Shown here piece by piece: positions 49,762 through 60,080 of a DNA stretch of 64,000 bases. This stretch comes from the human T2T-CHM13v2.0 reference genome, Homo sapiens. Position numbers and translations under genes: made by a program. The notes beneath the pieces were generated by a model. It saw only the letters and a list, made by a program, of their open reading frames with translations. It made no database searches and was not told where the DNA came from. Position 1 is the stretch's first letter, and each line of letters begins with the position of its first letter. The DNA lies in NCBI RefSeq assembly GCF_009914755.1, contig NC_060943.1; one strand, given 5' to 3'.

Positions 49762-50185
49762 CCCTCATCCAATGAATGCTCCACCCAACTGGCCCCGAAG
49801 TATCTAGATGGTTCCAGAGCAGAAGAATGTTTATACAACGGATATCTCCCCTTTTTCTCAAAAGTCGTTTCGCTTACACGGGTAATTCTTAAACTGCCAT
49901 GCATCAGAGTCAGGGGGAGGGCTTGTTACAACACAGATCTGTGGATCTCCGGGGTTTGAGGGTTGCAAGGATGCTGCTGGTGTCAAAACCACAATGTGAG
50001 AACCACAGAACCACTAGATGGTTTTCAGTGTTTCAGTGCATTTAATTCATAATATATTTCACCAAGAAAACTTGTAAGTTCTTAGATTGTCCCAAATGTG
50101 GCGCATGAAATCAAATCAGGAGAACAGTTTCCTACGCGGTGTAACCTGGGAAAGTTGGGGGTGACTGATGGAAAGGAGGAGTGAA

Positions 50186-50261
50186 GCTCCGCCCTTTCCG
50201 CTGCCAGGCTGCGCCCGCCCGAGGCTATTTAAACCCACCCTGGCGGGCCTGTACTCAGATC
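50186..50261 (+). promoter_or_regulatory. Core promoter of unit A: GC boxes, TATA, Inr
   Basis: GCTCCGCCC 50186-50194, CCGCCC 50215-50220, TATTTAAA 50226-50233, TCAGATC (YYANWYY) with A at 50257. Confidence 0.7.
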
Positions 50262-50371
50262 TTCACAGAGCGGAGCAGCGGCCGGAGCGTTTTGCGGGCT
50301 CTGCGTGGACTTGGAGCTTACAGCGTCTTGCGACTTGGAAGCAGATTCAGAGGACAGGACAGAACACTTGG
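50257..50371 (+). other. Putative non-coding exon 1 of the unit A gene
   Basis: No ATG, CpG-rich, ends in TGG|GTAAGT. Confidence 0.65.
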
Positions 50372-50455
50372 GTAAGTGAATCTCTGTCTGTCTGTCTGTC
50401 TGTCTGTCTCATTGGTTGGTTTATTTCCATTTTCTTAAGGAGCACATACCTCACA

Positions 50456-50504
<49 letters not shown>
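50456..50504. repeat. (CA)n microsatellite; (TCTG)n at ~50383-50409
   Basis: Direct observation. Confidence 0.95.
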
Positions 50505-50507
<3 letters not shown>

Positions 50508-50566
50508 CTTCTTTCTGCGGGTTAGAAAACTGGTAGGCTTCTCTGGGAGCTACAGGTTTCCTAATC

Positions 50567-50900
50567 ATGTCTGCACCTAAGAACAGTAGGGTCTTGTCTG
50601 GCTCTTCTTATGAACCGTCCCCCAGCCCGGACTCCCCAAGATCCATGCTAGCCTCACCCAGCTTCTCCCTCTCCCCTCTCAGAAACTCAGACTTAAGAGG
50701 AAGCTCCTCACCAGGGATCCGGAGCTACCGTTCACCCTCCCCTAGGGCTTCACCACACTCACCTCTGTCATCACCAGAATCCCACAAGCTCCCATTTCCC
50801 TTTCCTCAACCGTGATGGGCAATCAATGAAGCCATTGGGTTCTCCCGCGTCCTCCTCTGGGGATTCTTTAGAATCACCACGTTCATCAATAATATAACAC
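50567..50900 (+). pseudogene. Disrupted N-terminal part of the Ser/Pro-rich ORF (82-aa ORF, +1 frameshift, then in-frame TAA)
   Basis: Extra A at 50808-50809 and TAA at 50895-50897 relative to copy B. Confidence 0.75.
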
Positions 50901-53384
50901 ATGTTCTTACTGCCATCACCCAGCAGCTCACCCCCGGCTCTCTGGGAATCTCCTGTGCCTCCCAGCCACTCTCCGAACAACCCCGGATTTCAGCTGGAGT
51001 CAGCCCCCCACACCCAGGAATCACCTACAAACTCACGAGCCTCACGGTGCTCCTCCCCTGTGTCTTTCATCTCTTCACCCCCAGGCCTCAGGGACTCTCC
51101 TGTGCCTACCAGTTACTCTCCAGCCATCCCCAGGTTTCTGCGGGAGTCAGCCTCATGCACCCAGGAGTCCCCCAGAGACTCACACGTCTCGGGAGATTAT
51201 GAGCGGTCCCCCAGCCCTGACTCCTCAAGATTCATGCCTGCCTCACCCAGCTTCTCCCTCTCCCCTCCCAGAAACTCAGACCCAAGGGGCAGCTCCTCGC
51301 CAGGGATGTGGAAGTACTCTACATCATCCCGCAGGGCTTCACCACTCTCACATCCATCATCAACAGAATTTCACAACTTTACATTTCCCTTTCCTGACCA
51401 AGCAGGACAATCACTGATGTCATTGTGCTCTCCCGGACAATCACTGATGTCATTGTGCTCTCCCGTGTCCTCCTCTGGAGATTCTTCACAGTCACCTCAT
51501 TCATCAATAATATACCATATGTTCTTACTGCCATCATCCAGCAGCTCACCCCCAGCCATCAATGACTCTCCTGTCTGTCCCAGCTACTCTCCAACTACGC
51601 CCAGATTTCAGCGGGAGTCGGTCTCCCACTCCCCAGAAACACCTACAAACTCACAGACCTCAGTGAGATCCTCGCCAGTCTCTCTCATGTCTTCACCCCC
51701 AGCCCTTACGGACCCTCCTGTCTGTCCCAGCTACTCTCCAACCACGCCCACATTTCAGCGGGGGTCATTTTCAGGAACCCAGGGATCACTACCAAGCTCA
51801 CCACTTTCACTGAGTTACTCCCCAGTCTCTAGCAGGTCTTTATCCCCAAGCCTCAGGGACTCTCCTGTCCGTCCCAGCTACTCTCCAACCACGCCCAGAT
51901 TGCAGCTGGAGTCAGTTCCAGGCACCCTGGAATCACCACCAAACTCACCAATTTCACTCAATTACTCCCCAGTCTCTCTCATGTCTTCACCAGCCCTCAG
52001 GGACTCTCCTCTGTGTCCCAGCTACTCTCATACCACGCCCACATTTCAGCAGGAGTCACTTCCAGGCACCCAGAAATCACCACCAAACTCACCAATTTCA
52101 CTCACTTACTCTCCAGTCTCTCTCATGTCTTCACCAGCCCTCAGGGACTCTCCTGTCTGTCCCGGCTACTCTCCAACCACGCCCAGATTGCAGCTGGAGT
52201 CAGTTCCAGGCACCCCGGAATCACCACCAAACTCACCAGTTTCACTGAGTTACTCCCCGGTCTCTCTCATGTCTTCACCCCCAGCCCTCAGGGACTCTCC
52301 TGTGTGTCCCAGCTACTCTCCAACCACGCCCAGATTTCAGCGGGAGTCAGTTGCAGGCACCCAGGAATCACCTACAAACTCACCAGTTTCACTGAGTTAC
52401 TCCCCAGTCTCTCTCAAGTCTTCACCGCCAGCCTCCTGGGACTCTCCTGTCTGTCCCACCTACTCTCCCGCCACGCCCAGATTTCAGCGGGAGTCAGCCT
52501 CCTACACTCAGGAATCACCTACAGACTCACAGACCTCACTGAGATCCTCCCTGGTCTCTCTCAGCTCTTTGCCCTCAGCCCACAGGGACTGTTGTGTCTC
52601 TTTCAGCTACTCTCAAAACTTCTCTAGATTCCCGCTGGAGTCAGTTCCAGGCACCCAGGACACACCAGCAAACTCACCAATTTCACTCAGTTACTCCCCA
52701 GTCTCGCTCATGTTTTCACCCCCAGCCCTCAGGGACTGTTCTGTCTCTCTCAGTTACTCTCCAACCATCTCCAGATTTCAGCTGGAGTCAGCTTCCCACA
52801 CCCAGGAATCACCTACAAACTCACGGACCTTACTGCCACCCTCCCCCATTTCTTTCACCTCTTCACCCCCAGCCTTCAGGGACTCTCCTGTGTCTCCCAG
52901 CTTCTCTCTGGCCTTCCCCAGATTTCTGCCGCGGTCAGCCCCAGGCACCCAGGAGAACCCTAGACACTCACAGGCCTCACGAGACTATTTCCCTGTGACC
53001 TGTATCTATACAGGGGTGGCTCCCACGTATCCCTCAGTGACCCCAAACCCATCTCCACTTACACTCAGACACTCCCAGGGCCTGACAGCTACTCCCCGTT
53101 ATTGTCCTTCAGTTGGAAGCCCTGGCCAATCTACTAGCCAACATGACGCAGTTACCTGGCCATTTCTCCACATTCCTGGTGAGCGCCCCACACCCAGCCG
53201 CAGAAAAGCCCCTCCTGCATTCCGTCCTCACACACAGGCCTGTCCATCTGCTTGCTACTGTCACACTCTTGCCAGCAGAAGAGGCCCCTCTAATGGCCGA
53301 TATCACCGCCCAGGCTATCCTCACCCCACAGCTGTGCAGCGGGACCCTCCTGCTGGCCCACGTGGCTGCCAGAGCCCATGCTGA
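50901..53384 (+). CDS. 827-codon Ser/Pro-rich repeat ORF with YSPTTP motifs; coding versus pseudogene status unresolved
   Basis: Uninterrupted 2.5-kb frame; all repeat units are multiples of 3; sits inside a promoter/exon/poly(A)-signal layout. Confidence 0.45.
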   Translation: MFLLPSPSSSPPALWESPVPPSHSPNNPGFQLESAPHTQESPTNSRASRCSSPVSFISSPPGLRDSPVPTSYSPAIPRFLRESASCTQESPRDSHVSGDYERSPSPDSSRFMPASPSFSLSPPRNSDPRGSSSPGMWKYSTSSRRASPLSHPSSTEFHNFTFPFPDQAGQSLMSLCSPGQSLMSLCSPVSSSGDSSQSPHSSIIYHMFLLPSSSSSPPAINDSPVCPSYSPTTPRFQRESVSHSPETPTNSQTSVRSSPVSLMSSPPALTDPPVCPSYSPTTPTFQRGSFSGTQGSLPSSPLSLSYSPVSSRSLSPSLRDSPVRPSYSPTTPRLQLESVPGTLESPPNSPISLNYSPVSLMSSPALRDSPLCPSYSHTTPTFQQESLPGTQKSPPNSPISLTYSPVSLMSSPALRDSPVCPGYSPTTPRLQLESVPGTPESPPNSPVSLSYSPVSLMSSPPALRDSPVCPSYSPTTPRFQRESVAGTQESPTNSPVSLSYSPVSLKSSPPASWDSPVCPTYSPATPRFQRESASYTQESPTDSQTSLRSSLVSLSSLPSAHRDCCVSFSYSQNFSRFPLESVPGTQDTPANSPISLSYSPVSLMFSPPALRDCSVSLSYSPTISRFQLESASHTQESPTNSRTLLPPSPISFTSSPPAFRDSPVSPSFSLAFPRFLPRSAPGTQENPRHSQASRDYFPVTCIYTGVAPTYPSVTPNPSPLTLRHSQGLTATPRYCPSVGSPGQSTSQHDAVTWPFLHIPGERPTPSRRKAPPAFRPHTQACPSACYCHTLASRRGPSNGRYHRPGYPHPTAVQRDPPAGPRGCQSPC
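51564..52990 (+). repeat. Tandem array of ten 147/144-bp units (last partial); two more units start at 50946 and 51093
   Basis: Unit starts at 51564, 51711, 51858, 52002, 52146, 52293, 52440, 52587, 52734, 52881. Confidence 0.95.
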
Positions 53385-53658
53385 CACCAACCTCCAGCAT
53401 GTCGGCATCCCTGCGGGCGACACTACCGGTGACATGGCCAGCATGACCCTCCTCCCTGGCAGTGACACTGTTGATGTGAGCCCCAGTTTCAGATCTGTCA
53501 TTTGTAAATAGGACCATTTTCCCTTTTCTCTCTCGCTTCCATTCACAGGGCTTTTCATTCTCTCTGTTTCTGCCTCCGTTTCAGATATTTACCCACCTTT
53601 TTCTCTTTCACTATGTCTGCCGTGGTCTCGACGAGAGTGCGCCACATAAGATTCCCCC

Positions 53659-53664
53659 ATTAAA
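53659..53664 (+). terminator. Candidate ATTAAA polyadenylation signal for unit A
   Basis: 275 nt after the stop, followed by GT-rich sequence; lies in what looks like an old antisense L1M end. Confidence 0.35.
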
Positions 53665-54039
53665 AGTCATGAATTGAGTGGCTTTTAGTATACTTGTGGT
53701 TGTGCACGTTCAATTTTAATTCGCAATCCATTTGAGAACATTTTATCACCCCCGACCAGAGAAAAACCCTCTAAACGTCAGTCACTCCTCATTCTGTCTC
53801 AAACTCTCTCCCTGACCCTCAACCCTAGGTAACAACTACATAGAGCGCTCAACCCTATCTCCTTAGATTTCCATATTGTGGACATTTCCTATCAACAGAA
53901 TTATAACATATGTGAACTTTTATGACCGACTTTACACTTAGCACAATATTTTCAAGGTTCATCCACATTGTAGCATTACCCACAGTGGGAAACCATTTTT
54001 TTTTTTTTTTTTTTGGTTTTAGTAACACCAGGTGTTTTC

Positions 54040-54092
54040 TCCTTCCTTCTTTCCTTCCTTCCTTCCTTCCTTCCTTCCTTCCTCCCTTCCTC
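54040..54092. repeat. (TTCC)n microsatellite
   Basis: Direct observation. Confidence 0.9.
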
Positions 54093-54824
54093 CTATTTCT
54101 CTCTTACTCCTTCTGCCCTCTCTCTTTCATATGCCTTCGGTGCATCCTACTTTCTGTGTGTTTTTGGGAAATCCTCGACAGTTGCAGGAAAATTGTGTTA
54201 TTGTTATTATTTACCGGTATCTCTCTTTCATGGTTCTCCATCAGTTGTAAACATCTACTGGTTTCTCCCAAGTCACTAAGTATATTTTAATGAGGTACAC
54301 CTGTTTTTCTTTATACAGCTATTTCTGGAGTGTAGGGTCACATACTGATAAACCCAATGTGACCCAAAAACGCATCTAATACCCCAATAAACCCATCATA
54401 AAGTTGAAAAATCATAAATCAAACCATCATAAGTCACGGTTTGTCCGTGGATATGGGCTTCATCAATTCCATTGTATTCAATAATGCTCTGCACGATTAA
54501 CAATGGCAGACTGATAGGGAGTGGATACTGATAGCATTTTAAAAATCAGTTATTAGAGGGATACTTTAACCTGACTGAATAACTGATCTAATTGTATTAG
54601 TACGGTGAATAATTATGTGAAATGTTTTGAGACAGTGTAGTACATTTGTGAATGAAATTTTGTGGCTTTTTTCCACTTAGTAGGAACCTTTGTGTGTAGA
54701 AAACTGAGAAGATTGCTTTCTGCTGTAGAGTCTGGCATTCGTTGTAGATTAAAGCTTATTTTTCTGCGAATAAGCCATAGTCAATAAAATACTATTCTTT
54801 AAAAAAATAAAAAACACTGGTGAT

Positions 54825-55140
54825 GTGAAGTCATTATCCTCAGCAAACTAATCCATGAACAGAAAACCAAAACCACATTTTCACCTATAATGGGAGCTGA
54901 AAAATGAGAACACATGGACACAGGAAGGGGAACAACACACACTGGGGCCTTTCGGGAAGCAGAGCGTTAAGAAAAACAGCTAATGCATGCTGGGCTTAAT
55001 CCCTAGGTGATGGGTCGACAGGTGCAGCAAACCACCATGGCACACGTTTACCTTTGTAACAAATCTGCACATCCTGCACATATACCCCAGAACTTAGAAA
55101 CAAAACGAAACAAATCAAAAGGAAAAAACAATAACAAAAC
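54825..55140 (+). mobile_element. L1PA 3' end fragment
   Basis: cattatcctcagcaaactaa...ggtgcagcaaaccaccatggcacacg, A-rich tail. Confidence 0.85.
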
Positions 55141-55303
55141 GCTAGTGGCAAAATAAAGTTTCAAACTGAGAAAGCGATAGAGCAATTTTTGGTTGAAATC
55201 ATGGTTCTCAACCCAGGTGCCATAAGGTCAGGATAAAGAATTTGATTACGTATTGTAAATAAGACATACAGCAAATGACTAGAAAAATTATTCTCAACAT
55301 ATA

Positions 55304-57200
55304 TGTGCCTTCTAATTCAATGATGACGCTATCTACCGGGACATAGCATTAGATTCCAAAGGGCTCAGTCCCGCAAGACTGGCCTCCCTCTCTAATAACA
55401 ATGGGAAGCCCTATGTTGTTTTACCTGTGCTTCTTAGCAACTGGCTATAAATCAGGTTTCCACCACTCCCTGTTGTAATTGCATTAATTTGCTGGAAGAG
55501 CTCACAGCACGCAGGGAAATACTTCCATTTACCATTTTATGATAGCGGATATTGCAAAAAATTTAGAAAACAGATTATGGGCCTGGCATGTGGGGAGGGG
55601 CGCACTGCCTTCCAGGAAGTGTTATCCACAAGCTCTCTAAACCCAGTCCTTTTGGGTTTTTACGGAGACCTCATTCTATAGGCATGATGGGTTAAACCAT
55701 AGGCGATTGGTGATCAGCTCAACCTGAGGCTCTCAACCCTCCCTGGAAATTGGGGTTGAGGCATTGCCATTCTCAGTCTGAGTAGAAGAATTTACACAAA
55801 CGGAATTTTAAGACAGATTAGCAAAACTGAAAACTGAATTAGATGATTGAATTATCTGGAGCCACATCTTGATATTCCTAACCCGAGCACCCTCATCCAA
55901 CGAATGCTCCACCCAACTGGCTCCTAAGTCTCCACGTGGTTCCAGAGCAAAAGAATGTTCCTACAACGCATATCTCCCCTTTTTCTTCAAAGTCTTTTCG
56001 CTTACACGGGTAATTCTTAAACTGCCATGCATCAGGGTCAGGGGGAGGGCTTGTTACAACACAGATCTGTGGATCTCCGGGGTTTGAGGGTTGCAAGGAT
56101 GCTGCTGGTGTCAAAACCACAATGTGAGAACCACAGAACCACTAGATGGTTTTCAGTGTTTCAGTGCATTTAATTCATAATATATTTGGCCAAAAAAACT
56201 CGTAAGTTCTTAGATTGTCCCAAATGTGGCGCATGAAATCAAATCAGGAGAACAGTTTCCTACTCGGTGTAACCTGGGAAAGTTGGGGGTGACTGATGGA
56301 AAGGAGGAGTGAAGCTCCGCCCTTTCCGCTGCCAGGCTGCGCCCGCCCGAGGCTATTTAAACCCACCCTGGCGGGCCTGTACTCAGATCTTCACAGAGCG
56401 GAGCAGCGGCCGGAGCGTTTTGCGGGCTCTGCGTGGACTTGGAGCTTACAGCGTCTTGCGACTTGGAAGCGGATTCAGAGGACAGGACAGAACACTTGGG
56501 TAAGTGAATCTCTGTCTGTCTGTCTCATTGGTTGGTTTATTTCCATTTTCTTAAGGAACCCATACCTCACACCACACACAAACACACACACACACACACA
56601 CACAAACACACACCCACTCCTTCTTTCTGCAAGTTAGAAAATTGGTAGGCGTCCCTGGGAGCTACAGGTTTCCTAATCATGTGTGCACTTAAGAACAGTA
56701 GGGTCTTGTCTGGCTCTTCTTATGAACCGTCCCCCAGCCCAGACTCCCCAAGATCCATGCTAGCCTCACCCAGCTTCTCCCTCTCCCCTCTCAGAAACTC
56801 AGACTTAAGAGGAAGCTTCTCACCAGGGATCCGGGGCTACCATTCACCATCCCCTAGGGCTTCACCACACTCACCTCTGTCATCACCAGAATCCCACAAG
56901 CTCCCATTTCCCTTTCCTCACCATGATGGGCAATCAATGAAGCCATTGGGCTCTCCCGTGTCCTCCTCTGGGCATTCTTTAGAATCACCACGTTCATCAA
57001 TAATATACCACATGTTCTTACTGCCGTCACCCAGCAGCTCACCCCCAGCTCTCGGGGACTCTTCTGTGTCTCCCAGCTCCTCCCCAGACAAACCAGATTT
57101 CTGACCCAGTCAGCCTGCCGCACCCACGAAGCCGAGAGACACTTACAGACCTCACTGGCATCCTCCCCTATGTCTCCCATCTCATCACCCCCAGCCCCAT
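55304..57200 (+). repeat. Duplication unit B (promoter, exon 1, intron, truncated ORF)
   Basis: Offset 6128 from unit A at the promoter; TATTTAAA 56354-56361, Inr A 56385, donor 56499/56500, acceptor AG 56666-56667. Confidence 0.92.
56679..57104 (+). pseudogene. 141-aa ORF: intact N-terminus of the Ser/Pro-rich protein, 3'-truncated
   Basis: Reads through both sites that are disrupted in copy A; homology ends near 57200. Confidence 0.65.
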
Positions 57201-57982
57201 GCTCTTAACACTGAACTATCTATGTCTCATATATACAGCAGCAAAACAAAACCAGAGAAAGTGGAAAGCAGATAATACAGAAAAAACAGAGGTGAATGAA
57301 ATGAAAAATATAATTTTCTGGGAATATATAGAGAACGCAAATATATTTAACAAGCAGTATAAATGCTAAATAAAACTACAACCTCAGAAGAAACCTTAGG
57401 TTAATCCCCAAATAGGAAATCTATTCTGAATGCTCTAAGAGGGAAATAACACCAACCTTCAATGAGGTGATTATTACAATAAACTTTTCCAGAGAGCAGA
57501 ACGCGCTAGGAGCTTCTTATTATATTACTACCACAAATCCTAGTATAATTTTGATAACCAAATTATACCATAATAGAACAACAACAACTACAACAACAAC
57601 AAATAAAGCCAGAAAACTAAAGGAAAATGTTTCAACGAATAGGACTGCAAAATTGTATGAAAAGCAGCAAACAAAATCCAGCAATATATTGAAATTTTTA
57701 CAGTACAACAGTAATGCATGGAAATTAATCATTACTACATTTAGCAATATAAATCATCATATTAAGAAATATTACTTTCTAAAACATATCACCATGAAAA
57801 TAAATGTCAATCAACAGTTTGAAAGTAATTTTCTTGTTAATATATATAACAGGAAAAAAGATCAAAACCTAGAAAAAATACACAAAAAGAGTTCATAGAT
57901 AAGATGAATACCTAAACAGAAAGAAACAAGGAGTAAATAGCAAGGGAAATACAAAGGAATAAGCTTATAAGAGGATGAAGAG

Positions 57983-58260
57983 TCAGGGAGATGTGGCTCA
58001 CACCCGTGATCCCATCACTTTGGTAGGCCAAGGCAGGAGAATCACTTGAGCCCAGGATTTTGAGACAAGCCTGGGCAACATAGTGAGACCTCGACTCCAC
58101 AAAAAAAATAAAAGAAAATTATCAGGTGCAGTGGTGCACACCTGTAGTTGCAGCTACTCAAGAGGCTGAGGATCTCTTGAGGCTCTGATCCGACCATAGC
58201 ACTAAAGCCTGGGTGACAGGCTGAGATCCTTTCTCAAAAAAAAAAAAAAGAAAAAAAAAA
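57983..58260 (+). mobile_element. Alu (AluJ-type)
   Basis: Diverged Alu with poly-A. Confidence 0.85.
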
Positions 58261-58356
58261 GAGGATGGCCAATATCTCCTACCTGGAAAAATTCACATAA
58301 CGTAATGCCATAATTGTTCACCTGATGGAAAAAAATAAAAGGATTAATAAGAGCCA

Positions 58357-58614
58357 GGTTTTTTTGTTTGTTTTTCTTTTCACATGGAGTCTTGCTCTTT
58401 CACCCAGGCTGGAGTGCAGTGGCTTCCGCCTCAGCCTCCTGAGTAGCTGGGACTACAGGCGCCCACCACCACACCCGGCTAATTTTTCTACTATCAGTAG
58501 AGACGGGGCTTCACAATGTTGGCCAGGATGGTCTCGATCTCTTGATCTCGTGATTCACCCGCCTCAGCCTCCCAAAGTGCTGGGATTACAGGTGTGAGCC
58601 ATTGCGCCCGGCCT
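58357..58614 (-). mobile_element. Alu, antisense, internally deleted, at the left edge of unit C
   Basis: Reverse Alu lacking part of the right arm. Confidence 0.88.
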
Positions 58615-58615
58615 A

Positions 58616-60080
58616 AAATTTTTTTTTAATTAAAAATTAAATAACTAAAAAATGGGTGAAAGACATGACAAGGCAGTGAAAAGAAAAATGACAAAAACAC
58701 ATCAACTATGACCACCTTGACTGTTAGCAATAAAATGAAAACCAACATCCTTTTTATATATCAAGTTGACAAAGATTAAACATTTTTATTATAAATCATG
58801 TGATCCTAAATAGTGTGAGAAAATAGACCCTTTTACATTTTAGGCTCAGCGAAAAAAACAAAAACTGTTTTTCCTCTGCTCTCACATCACAACAATCAAC
58901 ACAGAAGATTCCTGTGACAACATGTCTGGGGATTTCTCTCGGTCAGTCAAGCACACAATCCATTCTGCTGTGGACGCCAGCTGGGTGTCTTCTAATTCAA
59001 TGATGACACTATCTACCTGGCCATAGCATTAGATTCCACAGGGCTCAGTTCTGCAAGACTCGCCTCCCACTGTAATAACAATGGCAAGTCCTATGTTGTT
59101 TTACCTGTGCTTCTGACCAACTGGGTATAAATCAGGTTTCCACCACTCCCTGTTTCAGTTGAATTAATTTGCTAGAACAGCTCACACCACACAGGGAAAC
59201 ACTTACATTTACCATTTTATTATAGAGGATGTTGCAAAAAATTCAGAAAAAAAGATTCATGGGGCCTGGCATGGGGGGAGGGGTGCACTACCTTCCAGGA
59301 AGTTTTATCCAGAAGCCCTATAAACCCAGTCCTTTTTTGTTTTTATGGAGGCTTCATTACATAGGCATGATGGGTTAAACCATCGGCTATTGGTGATCAA
59401 CTCAACCTCAGGCTCTCAACCCTCCCTGGAAATTGGGGTTGAGGCATTGCCATTCTTGGTCTGAGTAATAGAATTTACATAAACGGAATTTTAAAACAGA
59501 TTAGCATAACTGAAAACTTAATTAGATGGTCTAATTATCTGGAGCCACACCTTGATATTCCTAACCTCACCACCCTCATCCTATGAATGCTCCACCCACC
59601 TGGCCCCAAAGTCTCTACATGGTTCCAGAGCAGAAGAATGTTTATACAATGCATATCTCCACTTTTTCTTAAAAGTCTTTTTGCTTACATGGGTAATTCT
59701 TAAACTGCCATACATCAGGGTCAGGGGGAAGGCTTGAGAGAACCTAGATTTGTGGATCTCCGGGGCTTGAGGGTTGCAAGGATGCTGCTGGTCTCAAAAC
59801 CACAACGTGAGAACCACAGCACTAGATAGTTTTCAATGCATTTAATTAATAATATATTTGGCCAACAAAATTTCTAATTTCTTAGATTGTCCCAAATGCG
59901 TCACATGACATCAAATCAGGAGAGCAGTTTCCTAGGAGATGGAGCCTGGAAAAGTTGGGGGAGACACATGAAAGGAGGAGTGAAGCTCCGCCCTTTCTGC
60001 TGCCAGGCTGCACCTGAGGCTATTTAAACCCACCCTGGCGGGCCTGTGCCCAGATCTTCCCAGAGCAGAGCAGTGGCTGC
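58616..60080 (+). repeat. Duplication unit C (upstream region and core promoter only)
   Basis: Colinear with 48820-50285; GC box retained, TATTTAAA 60021-60028, CCAGATC with A at 60052. Confidence 0.9.

Larger units (their letters stand above)
48820..53664 (+). repeat. Duplication unit A (most complete copy)
   Basis: Colinear with 55304-57200 and 58616-60080. Confidence 0.9.

Noticed and set aside
50168-50536. 122-aa ORF MERRSEAPP... (and its copy at 56296-56637)
   Set aside because: Starts upstream of the TATA box and runs through the splice donor into microsatellites.
51564-52990. Possible POLR2A processed pseudogene or CRISPR-like array
   Set aside because: Period is 147 bp, not 21 bp; no other POLR2A sequence is visible; there are no unique spacers and the DNA is eukaryotic.
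52013-52998. 204-aa and 134-aa ORFs in other frames of the 147-bp array
   Set aside because: Shadow frames of the tandem repeat, interrupted by stops and with no independent start context.
57467-57898. 143-aa Asn/Lys/Thr-rich ORF
   Set aside because: Non-ATG start in A-rich, probably decayed L1 sequence; compositional artefact.
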